From Candidatus Thermosaccharophagus tengchongensis (GTDB taxonomy: Bacteria > Armatimonadota > Fervidibacteria > Fervidibacterales > Thermosaccharophagaceae), in assembly GCA_032161105.1 (NCBI GenBank), contig JAVHTD010000031.1: a stretch of DNA of 27,075 nucleotides. The stretch is one strand, 5' to 3'. The position numbers and the translations under genes are program-made. Within the stretch, counting starts at the first letter, position 1. Every line of letters starts with the position of its first letter. The notes beneath the pieces are model-generated. The model saw nothing but the letters and a program-made list of their open reading frames with translations, was not told where the DNA came from and did not search any database. Below, in pieces: positions 18,558 through 25,750 of the stretch.

Positions 18558-19187
18558 ATGCGTTTCGGTAAAAGGTTAGTTTTAAACGGGCATAACTCCA
18601 ATGGCTTCACGCTGATAGAGCTGTTGGTGGTGATAGCCATAATCGCCATCTTGGCAGCGATTCTGTTTCCGGTGTTTGCGAGGGCGAGAGAGAAGGCAAG
18701 ATCCTCAAGCTGCCAGAGCAACCTGAAGCAGCTGGCTACAGGAATAGCAATGTATGTGAGCGACTATGATCAATTCTTACCGTATCGCCCATGGGGTGCT
18801 ACAGTGAATTACTGCATAGTTGAGCAACTTTACCCCTATGTGAAAAATGAGCAGCTTTTCGTGTGCCCAAGCCTGCCAACTGGACATGGCAGTTATCCGT
18901 CAAACCATCCTCGTGCTTCGTGCCTCTCGCAGCAACTCGCATATGGGATAAATGAATACCTCTTTGGAGACGGTGTTCGACATGAGACATCAATAATTTA
19001 CTCTGGAAAAGCTTACACCGTTGCGGATATCAATCACTACTTCTTCCGGGCAGAAGATGCAGGGCATAGGGGACGCTTGCCAGCTCGCCATACGGATGGC
19101 TTGAATGCGGCTTTTTATGATGGGCATGTGAAATGGTTCAAGTTAGAATCAGCGTTTAATGAGCTAAGGCGGGGCTTAACGCCGTAG
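18558..19187 (+). CDS. Prepilin-type N-terminal cleavage/methylation protein, DUF1559-like, with H-X9-DG motif
   Basis: [70 protein letters not shown]. Confidence 0.92.
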   Translation: MRFGKRLVLNGHNSNGFTLIELLVVIAIIAILAAILFPVFARAREKARSSSCQSNLKQLATGIAMYVSDYDQFLPYRPWGATVNYCIVEQLYPYVKNEQLFVCPSLPTGHGSYPSNHPRASCLSQQLAYGINEYLFGDGVRHETSIIYSGKAYTVADINHYFFRAEDAGHRGRLPARHTDGLNAAFYDGHVKWFKLESAFNELRRGLTP

Positions 19188-19359
19188 AGCCGGACCTAAA
19201 AAGCCGGAGGTGATAAATGATATGCGGCAGCGTGACATATCTTTAAATGGGCGCAACTTAATTGGCTTCACACTGATAGAGCTGCTGGTGGTGATAGCGA
19301 TAATCGCCATCTTGGCAGCGATTCTGTTCCCGGTGTTTGCGAAGGCGAGGGAGAAGGCA
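18603..19359 (+). repeat. Direct repeat of the 96-bp prepilin N-terminal coding segment (18603-18698 and 19264-19359)
   Basis: Manual alignment gives 6 mismatches in 96 nt. Similarity extends upstream into the leader (LNGHNSNG vs LNGRNLIG) and SD region. Confidence 0.85.
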
Positions 19360-19872
19360 AAGGCATCCACATGTCTGTCCAATTTGAAGCAGCTTGGACA
19401 GGCTTGGTTGATGTATACGCAGGACTACGATGGCTACTATCCCCGCGCGTGGAATGGTGGCGCTGGCTACGGCTTTGACTTTGAGCTTTATCCCTATGTC
19501 AAAAGCATGGGGGTGTATGATTGCCCAAGCGCTGATAACCCGCCACGCACATGGCCATCAGGTTGGTCATTCCCGGGTGACTATACAGTTAATGCAGCAG
19601 TTGGATACGGCAGCGGGACATTTACACCTAACGAAAGCACTGTTCGCTATCCAGCAACTACGATCATGCTTTGCGAGATCAGGAACACTCGTCCCCCACA
19701 GGGTCCCGAACATGAGGTTTGGGTCAACAGCAAAGCCGATGTCCTCAGGAGAGTCGCGTATGACCGTCATCTGGATGGCTCAAACTACGCTTTCTGCGAC
19801 GGTCATGCAAAGTGGTATCGTGTTGAGCAAACATGGACGATGTGGCGTTTGGATAACCAAGAGCTGCCATAA
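19222..19872 (+). CDS. Prepilin-type N-terminal cleavage/methylation protein, DUF1559-like, with H-X9-DG motif
   Basis: [73 protein letters not shown] 19222 follows SD GGAGGTG. Confidence 0.92.
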   Translation: MRQRDISLNGRNLIGFTLIELLVVIAIIAILAAILFPVFAKAREKAKASTCLSNLKQLGQAWLMYTQDYDGYYPRAWNGGAGYGFDFELYPYVKSMGVYDCPSADNPPRTWPSGWSFPGDYTVNAAVGYGSGTFTPNESTVRYPATTIMLCEIRNTRPPQGPEHEVWVNSKADVLRRVAYDRHLDGSNYAFCDGHAKWYRVEQTWTMWRLDNQELP

Positions 19873-19944
19873 GAGTTGATAACAGCATCTGTGTAATGGT
19901 GGGCAATCCATTGGCGTGCAGATGAGCAGTTCATTTGATGAAAA

Positions 19945-20607
19945 TCACTGAAAGATATCTTTTGCCGGCTGGCTGAACTTCTTCACATGACCATCAAGGA
20001 AGAGCACATTCGCTGACATGAATGCGCTTTCGTGTGGGACAGTTCCACCGGCATCCTTGTGCGGTCTGCAATACCAGTCTGACATCAGCCAATATGTCGG
20101 CAACCAGTGCAGTGACATCACTCGTGGCTTATCTCCCCAGAACTGACGCAGGAAGCCCCAGTCAATCCAACGGGCACGAGATGGAGCTGCTTGTGACGGG
20201 AGGTTGTAGAAGCTGAAGTAGTAATAGCTGATGTTGCCCTTTGCGACGTTGGTGGGATGGTATTCTATGTCAATCACTCCATCCCCATCTGCATCGCTCC
20301 ATATTGTGCGCCCAACTCCCGGCGCGCTCGGGCAGTAAAACAGCTCAATGTTCTTCACATAGGGTTGCAACACCGCCATAAGCTCAGGGTGAGGATTGCC
20401 CGCATGGGGTTCTGCTGGGAGCCATTCATCGTAATCTTGAGCATACATCAGGAGCGCCCTTCCGAGCTGCGCTAAATTGCTTCGGCAAGTTGTTGCCCTT
20501 GCACTCTCCCTTGCTCGTGCAAAAACCGGAAACAGCATTGCCGCCAAGATGGCAATGATGGCTATCACCACAAGCAGCTCAATCAGGGTGAAACCCCTCT
20601 GGCGCAT
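19945..20607 (-). CDS. Prepilin-type N-terminal cleavage/methylation protein, DUF1559-like, variant H-X12-DG motif
   Basis: [89 protein letters not shown]. Confidence 0.92.
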   Translation of the reverse strand: MRQRGFTLIELLVVIAIIAILAAMLFPVFARARESARATTCRSNLAQLGRALLMYAQDYDEWLPAEPHAGNPHPELMAVLQPYVKNIELFYCPSAPGVGRTIWSDADGDGVIDIEYHPTNVAKGNISYYYFSFYNLPSQAAPSRARWIDWGFLRQFWGDKPRVMSLHWLPTYWLMSDWYCRPHKDAGGTVPHESAFMSANVLFLDGHVKKFSQPAKDIFQ

Positions 20608-20816
20608 TATGCCCACCTCCTTTGATTCATGTTGTCATCAGGAAGTATACCACACAACAACTTGCGTTGTCACCAAAAGGGTAGCATACAGTTGGATGTC
20701 ACGCTATCATTGCCTCAGCATGGCGAAGGCGGGCTCAGTTTTGGAATGGTTGAAACTGCTCCCGCCTTCCCGGCGAGTGACGAAGCTGCGCAACTCCTGA
20801 TACAGTGCCAGGATTG

Positions 20817-22670
20817 CTACTCTGGCGACATCGTGAGCGCCACATCAGTGATGTGGCGATGTAAGTCAGTCGGGTCGGTCAGTATGAGATATGCGTTAAC
20901 CGGTTCATCACCGCGCATCACTTTAACCTGCAGTTCGTTCCAACCGGCTCTCAAGATTGCATGTGCGTAATGGCTCTGAGGACCTTGCTGAGCAGGTCGC
21001 ACATGATAGTTTGGCTGATGAGCGCTTAGCAGCACAGTGCTGTTGAGCGAGAGTTCGAACTTCGCGTTGCATGGGAAACCGACGACGGCTTGCTTCCTGT
21101 TTGGGGAGTGAAGCCATATCCGCGCCTCAATCGCTCCCGGCTTGCCGCCAAACCATTCTTCAAGCGGCAACTGGCTGTCCCTAACCCATTCAACGCGCCA
21201 CTCACCGTTCGGATACCTGATATGCCACTTCCGTTCACCGATGAGCGTCACTGGAATAGCCACTTCGTTCGGGCGTTCACGGATGTTCAATAAGAGCCAA
21301 AGCGTTTGCGTTTGGCGCAGCGCCAATGGCGCGGTAACGCTGACATCAACTCCAGCAATCCCATTCGGCTCAAGAACAACATCTTGCCTTTGAGGTTCAA
21401 CCAGGTAGCCTGCGTCTGCGTGCCATTGAAGTTGCACTCGCATCGGAACCGGTTGCCCGTTTTGAAGCCACACAGTTAACGGCTTTGGCACTTGTGGATT
21501 GATGGTTGGTGTGCCATGGTAATCCACGCTCACCTTCAACGCCGATAGCTCAAAGCTGCATTGCCATGGATATCTGTTTCGCTCCCACAACTCATAGACT
21601 CCATCATCCGGCATGAGCCAATCCTGCGGCAAAGATTGCAACTCTGTTGGCTCGTCCGAAATCCGTATTGGCGCCCCATAGAATGGAAGCAGCATACTTG
21701 CAGCCTCAACGACTCGGTCTGCAAGCACCCTCACATCTGGTGGCGGGGTGAAGTTCCTCAAACCACCCCAACTCATCGTTGTGGCGATAGTTTCACCGAG
21801 CGGCTCAACCCATCGCTTCGGCAAGTCGCCGAGCAATATGCCCATGATTGCACCCGATGTTGCACCGGTGCAATCTGTGTCCTGACCACAGTTAACGGCT
21901 GTGCATATCGTCTTCCCGAAGTCGCCATCGCCCGCGAGCAATCCGAGCACGGTGAATGCGATATTCTGCGGCGCATGGGTTGGTTCACGATTCCAATACT
22001 TCTCTGCGATACGCTCTCGCACCTTCTTCCAGTCCTTCAATTCAGCCCACCAAGAGCGCGTATCAGTGACGGCACGATGTATCTGACAATCGTTCGGTAT
22101 GTAAGTGAGAGCAATATCAAGCAGCTCATCAAGCCTCTCATAACTGCCGATGGCGAATGCAGCGCTCTCAAGCGCTGCAAAGAACATCTCACCCCATACC
22201 CCCTCTCCGCCTGCATGGTCAACTATTGCGTCCTCAAATGCGAATCGCACCGCTATTCTCGGTGATGCCGGTGCAAGGCAAGCCCATATCTCCGAGCGTA
22301 TCGGTGAGCCCATGCAATCCTTGAAGAAGTCGTTATCGTATGCTCCCGAGAGGGGCGGCTGTAAGCCCCAACGCAAGTTGCGCTTTGCAATCCCATATTC
22401 GCACCAGTTATAACCGATGTGTGTCAGCCACGCCTGTGAGAGTGTGAGGGAGTTAATTTTCCATCCGGCTCTCCTGACAGCGTCAAACCAAACGAGTTGC
22501 ATTTCAAGGTCGTCATTCGGTATCCCGCCCTCTTGCAGCTTTGGATACCAATCAAAGTTGTGTGGACCGGGTTGACCCTCAACTGGTGCGCCAAGAGTGC
22601 CACCAGCATTCTTCCCCATAGCGCACGCATATATGCGACGCCATAATTCATCCCTGTTTATGACCGCCAT
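20817..22670 (-). CDS. ADP-ribosylglycohydrolase-family protein with C-terminal Ig-like/beta-sandwich extension
   Basis: GKNAGGTLGAPVEG, PNDDLE (TDD-like metal motif), MGSPIRSEIWA, DAIVDH, CGQDTDCTGATSGAIMG. About 290 additional beta-rich C-terminal residues. Confidence 0.87.
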   Translation of the reverse strand: MAVINRDELWRRIYACAMGKNAGGTLGAPVEGQPGPHNFDWYPKLQEGGIPNDDLEMQLVWFDAVRRAGWKINSLTLSQAWLTHIGYNWCEYGIAKRNLRWGLQPPLSGAYDNDFFKDCMGSPIRSEIWACLAPASPRIAVRFAFEDAIVDHAGGEGVWGEMFFAALESAAFAIGSYERLDELLDIALTYIPNDCQIHRAVTDTRSWWAELKDWKKVRERIAEKYWNREPTHAPQNIAFTVLGLLAGDGDFGKTICTAVNCGQDTDCTGATSGAIMGILLGDLPKRWVEPLGETIATTMSWGGLRNFTPPPDVRVLADRVVEAASMLLPFYGAPIRISDEPTELQSLPQDWLMPDDGVYELWERNRYPWQCSFELSALKVSVDYHGTPTINPQVPKPLTVWLQNGQPVPMRVQLQWHADAGYLVEPQRQDVVLEPNGIAGVDVSVTAPLALRQTQTLWLLLNIRERPNEVAIPVTLIGERKWHIRYPNGEWRVEWVRDSQLPLEEWFGGKPGAIEARIWLHSPNRKQAVVGFPCNAKFELSLNSTVLLSAHQPNYHVRPAQQGPQSHYAHAILRAGWNELQVKVMRGDEPVNAYLILTDPTDLHRHITDVALTMSPE

Positions 22671-22966
22671 CTATGACCACCCCCAAAAGTTTGCCCGCCA
22701 TCCTCTTCGTGGCGGGGTTGAGTTCTTTCAACTGCAAACCATTTTAGCATGGCTCCGGTTGCGTGAGCTTGATAGCATGAGTGGTGCAAAAATGCAGTGG
22801 AGCATTCACGGGATACTGGTGGCAAGCTTGTGCGTCACTTGGTGGTGCACCTTTTCACGCGCTGAAGTTGCGTCTTTGTTTTCGCTTGCTCAGTGGAGTC
22901 TCGTCATCTGATGAATGTCCAGTCAACTACGGCATGCCCAATGGGTGAGTTAAGCACCATGCTGGC

Positions 22967-22995
22967 TTTACAAATTGATCAATGTGAGTTAAACT
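22967..22995 (+). promoter_or_regulatory. Candidate sigma70-type promoter of the rpmG-secE-nusG cluster
   Basis: TTTACA (22967-22972), 17 nt, TAAACT (22990-22995). Confidence 0.5.
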
Positions 22996-23111
22996 GAATG
23001 ACAGCCTGCGGCTTAAAGCGCTGTTGAAAGATTTCACAGCATCGTAGTTGAGCAATGGGCGGCAAAGCATAGTTAAGGCAATGTTGAAAGATTAAAGCAC
23101 AGGTGACAGCA

Positions 23112-23273
23112 ATGGGTGAAAGGCGAGTCATAACGCTTGCATGCACTGAATGTAAAGCGCAAAATTATGTGACGACGAGAAAGCCACCTCAGGGTGGCAA
23201 ACGCGAGAGGCTTGAACTTAAAAAGTTCTGCCGCCATTGCCGCAAGCACACGCTTCATCGTGAGACGAAATGA
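23112..23273 (+). CDS. rpmG: 50S ribosomal protein L33, zinc-binding (C+) form; missed by the ORF track (53 aa)
   Basis: Manual translation [53 protein letters not shown], two CxxC motifs, SD AGGTG, canonical position before tRNA-Trp/secE. Confidence 0.96.
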   Translation: MGERRVITLACTECKAQNYVTTRKPPQGGKRERLELKKFCRHCRKHTLHRETK

Positions 23274-23292
23274 ATGCGGTTAATTCTTTGGC

Positions 23293-23369
23293 AGGCCCGT
23301 AGCTCAGCCAGGGAGAGCGCGGGACTCCAAATCCCGTGGTCGGGGGTTCAAATCCTCCCGGGCCTGCCA
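23293..23369 (+). tRNA. tRNA-Trp (anticodon CCA)
   Basis: Acceptor stem AGGCCCG/CGGGCCT, discriminator G, encoded CCA. D stem GCTC/GAGC. Anticodon arm CGGGA-CTCCAAA-TCCCG. T arm GGGGG-TTCAAAT-CCTCC. Confidence 0.97.
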
Positions 23370-23517
23370 AAGTAGTGTGTTATGATAGTGCACTGCGCAA
23401 AGGGTGAATAGCGTAACGGGTGAACAAGATACTATCTGTTGCCCGCTTGAGTGTGGCTTCAGATGCAAACTTAACCCCAAAGATGAGTAAAGCTCGTTTT
23501 GGGTTTGCTGGGGTGAC

Positions 23518-23739
23518 ATGAAATTGGCTGCGAAGTTTTTTAACGCACTTCAGCGCCCGATAAACTTCATCAAGGAATCGTGGGAGGAGCTGAAGCGTGT
23601 CTCATGGCCTTCGTGGCATGAGACATGGACATTCACGAAGGTTGTGATCGCTATCATCGTAGCAGTGGGCGTATACATGGGTCTGCTTGATGCCTTCTTC
23701 GGATGGCTCATGCGTTCACTTGGGATTTACAGGTTTTAG
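23518..23739 (+). CDS. secE: Preprotein translocase subunit SecE
   Basis: FIKESWEELKRVSWPS motif followed by one TM helix with LLD; position between tRNA-Trp and nusG. Confidence 0.95.
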   Translation: MKLAAKFFNALQRPINFIKESWEELKRVSWPSWHETWTFTKVVIAIIVAVGVYMGLLDAFFGWLMRSLGIYRF

Positions 23740-23777
23740 AACCGCGAGCACCATAAGAGGGGAGTGCCCTCAAAGCC

Positions 23778-24305
23778 ATGCAGAAGAAGTGGTATGTTAT
23801 CCATGTGCTGACGAGTCATGAGGAAAGAGTGAAGCGCGCTATTGAGAAGCTTGTTGAGGCGAGGGAACTTTACGAAAAGATAGGGCGCGTCATCATACCA
23901 GTGGAGCGCGAGAAGCGCTCATATGGTGGCGCGCGTCAAGTTGAGCGCAAGCTTTTTCCGGGTTACATACTCGTTGAGATGGTCGCTGATGATGACACGC
24001 TTTATTTCATTCGGCGCATACCCGGTGTGACTGGCTTTGCCGGCTCGCAAACTAAGCCAACCCCACTGCGCGACCAAGAGGTTGAAACGATACTGAAGAT
24101 CGCCGGCGAGGAAGTGCCCAGGCGAAAAAGCATTTGGCATAAGGGTGAGAAGGTTAGAGTGCACTCTGGTCCATTTGAGGGCGCTGAAGGGATCATTGAG
24201 GAAGTCAACCAGCAGAAGCAAACCCTAACCGTAATGCTTTCGCTGTTTGGTCGTGACACACCAGTTGAGCTTGATTTCTCGCAGGTTGAAAAGGTTGAGG
24301 AGTAA
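23778..24305 (+). CDS. nusG: Transcription termination/antitermination factor NusG
   Basis: KWYVIHV, KLFPGYILVEM, PGVTGFAG, KOW motif GEKVRVHSGPFEG, LFGRDTPVELDFSQVEK. Confidence 0.97.
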   Translation: MQKKWYVIHVLTSHEERVKRAIEKLVEARELYEKIGRVIIPVEREKRSYGGARQVERKLFPGYILVEMVADDDTLYFIRRIPGVTGFAGSQTKPTPLRDQEVETILKIAGEEVPRRKSIWHKGEKVRVHSGPFEGAEGIIEEVNQQKQTLTVMLSLFGRDTPVELDFSQVEKVEE

Positions 24306-24315
24306 GGCGGTGCAT

Positions 24316-24344
24316 TTTACATTGGAGAGCAGTTACGGCATAAT
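24316..24344 (+). promoter_or_regulatory. Candidate sigma70-type promoter of rplK-rplA(-rplJL)
   Basis: TTTACA (24316-24321), 17 nt, CATAAT (24339-24344); same -35 hexamer as the rpmG promoter candidate. Confidence 0.55.
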
Positions 24345-24427
24345 GATGATTTTGACTGCGCCAAGATGGACGGGCGCCCTTAATCAACGATTCTGCAGCA
24401 CGGCTGATTGAGAGGGGAAGGATAGCT

Positions 24428-24853
24428 GTGGCAAAGAAAGTCGTTGCGGTCGTTAAGCTGCAGCTGCCAGCAGGGAAAGCAATGCCGGGACCGCCTGTAG
24501 GTCCAACACTTGCGCCGCATGGGATAGATGTCATGGGTTTCGTTAAGGCGTTTAATGAACAGACTGCATCTCAAGTTGGGACAATCATCCCAGTTGAGGT
24601 CACGATCTATTCGGACAGGTCATTCACATTTGTGTGCAAGCGTCCACCTGTATCGTTTCTCCTGAAGCAAGCAGCCGGGATTGAAAAGGGCTCTGGTGCT
24701 CCAAGGCGGGAAATCGTCGGGAAGATAACGAGGGAGCAAGTTCGCCAGATCGCTGAATACAAGCTTCCCGACTTGAACACGAATGACATAGAAGCTGCCA
24801 TGCGCATCGTTGAAGGAACGGCAAAGAGTATGGGCATTGAGATAGTGGACTGA
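24428..24853 (+). CDS. rplK: 50S ribosomal protein L11
   Basis: [49 protein letters not shown] start. Confidence 0.98.
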   Translation: MAKKVVAVVKLQLPAGKAMPGPPVGPTLAPHGIDVMGFVKAFNEQTASQVGTIIPVEVTIYSDRSFTFVCKRPPVSFLLKQAAGIEKGSGAPRREIVGKITREQVRQIAEYKLPDLNTNDIEAAMRIVEGTAKSMGIEIVD

Positions 24854-24976
24854 CCCTCCATTGGATGTCCCTTCATTGACATCCTGCAAAGGTGATTCTG
24901 CGTGGGTGAACGCTTTGCGAAAAATTTTGCGCCATCAGGAGCAGGGAGAAAAATCGCAATTCCTGATGGAGGGAGT
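24854..24976 (+). promoter_or_regulatory. Structured rplK-rplA intergenic RNA, candidate translational coupling/autoregulatory element
   Basis: Hairpins GGATGTC/GACATCC (24863-24884) and CCATCAGGA/TCCTGATGG (24932-24969). CCCTCCAT (24854-24861) is complementary to ATGGAGGG (24966-24973), which covers the rplA SD. Confidence 0.45.
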
Positions 24977-24984
24977 ATGTTGAG

Positions 24985-25683
24985 ATGGCGAAAAGAGGGA
25001 AGCGATACAGAGCGCTGATTGAAAGGTATGAGCGTAATCAGCTGTATGACCCTATGCAGGCGATTGAGCTCGTTAAGAAGTTGGCTACAGCTAAGTTTGA
25101 TGAGACGATTGATGTCGCATTCACTCTGAACATTGACCCGAGGAAAAGCGATCAAAGGGTAAGGGGCTCAATTACCCTTCCGCATGGGACTGGGCGTTCG
25201 CCAGTTATTGCAGTCATTGCGAAAGGTGAACAAGCCCGTGAAGCTGAGCAAGCTGGCGCTGATTATGTTGGTGCCGAGGATTTGGTTAAGCGGATTGAGG
25301 ATGGATGGAAGGACTTTGATTACCTTGTAGCCACTCCGGATATGATGCGCATAGTTTCGCGGCTCGGAAGGAAACTCGGTCCAAAGATGCCAAGCACACG
25401 CACAGGCACTGTCACTCAGGATGTTAGGAGTGTGGTTGAGGAGCTTAAGCGCGGGCGAATTGACTTTAGAAGTGATCAAGGCGGCGTAGTGCATTCAGTG
25501 ATAGGTAAGGTTTCATTTGAGACGGAGAAGTTGGTTGAGAACTTTAAGGCGCTGCTTGACTCGTTGCTTAAGGCTCGTCCGGCTGGTGTCCGTGGACAGT
25601 TCATAAAGAGCATATCGTTGTCGCCTACAATGGGTCCGAGTGTTAAAGTTGATGTCCAAAAGGCGCTTGCGCTGCTCAGGTGA
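24985..25683 (+). CDS. rplA: 50S ribosomal protein L1
   Basis: AKFDETID, DQRVRG..LPHGTG, AGADYVGAEDL, ATPDMM, IGKVSF, SPTMGPSVK. Confidence 0.98.
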   Translation: MAKRGKRYRALIERYERNQLYDPMQAIELVKKLATAKFDETIDVAFTLNIDPRKSDQRVRGSITLPHGTGRSPVIAVIAKGEQAREAEQAGADYVGAEDLVKRIEDGWKDFDYLVATPDMMRIVSRLGRKLGPKMPSTRTGTVTQDVRSVVEELKRGRIDFRSDQGGVVHSVIGKVSFETEKLVENFKALLDSLLKARPAGVRGQFIKSISLSPTMGPSVKVDVQKALALLR

Positions 25684-25750
25684 TGAGGTTGAGATGTGAC
25701 GCCGAAGTGAGCAAGTTTTGAATGGGCGGTTAGCATTGGGGTGTTGTGCG

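Noticed and set aside
18603..19359. Diversity-generating retroelement TR/VR pair as explanation for the prepilin repeat
   Set aside because: Mismatches are not adenine-specific (G/A, T/C, C/G, T/C, G/A, A/G), the repeat is in the conserved N-terminus, and there is no reverse transcriptase in the window.
21561..22265. Long alternative-frame and antisense ORFs (e.g. 21561-22265, 7199-7729, 3534-4112, 5579-6193, 24607-25155, 25831-26367)
   Set aside because: They overlap well-supported genes on the opposite strand and have no recognisable motifs.
23073..23519. Minus-strand ORFs 23073-23258 and 23304-23519
   Set aside because: Antisense to rpmG and tRNA-Trp respectively.
25718..25750. Upstream TTG start of the L10 ORF given by the ORF track
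   Set aside because: ATG 25751 has a properly spaced SD (GGGGTG) and gives a typical L10 N-terminus (MPKPQK).
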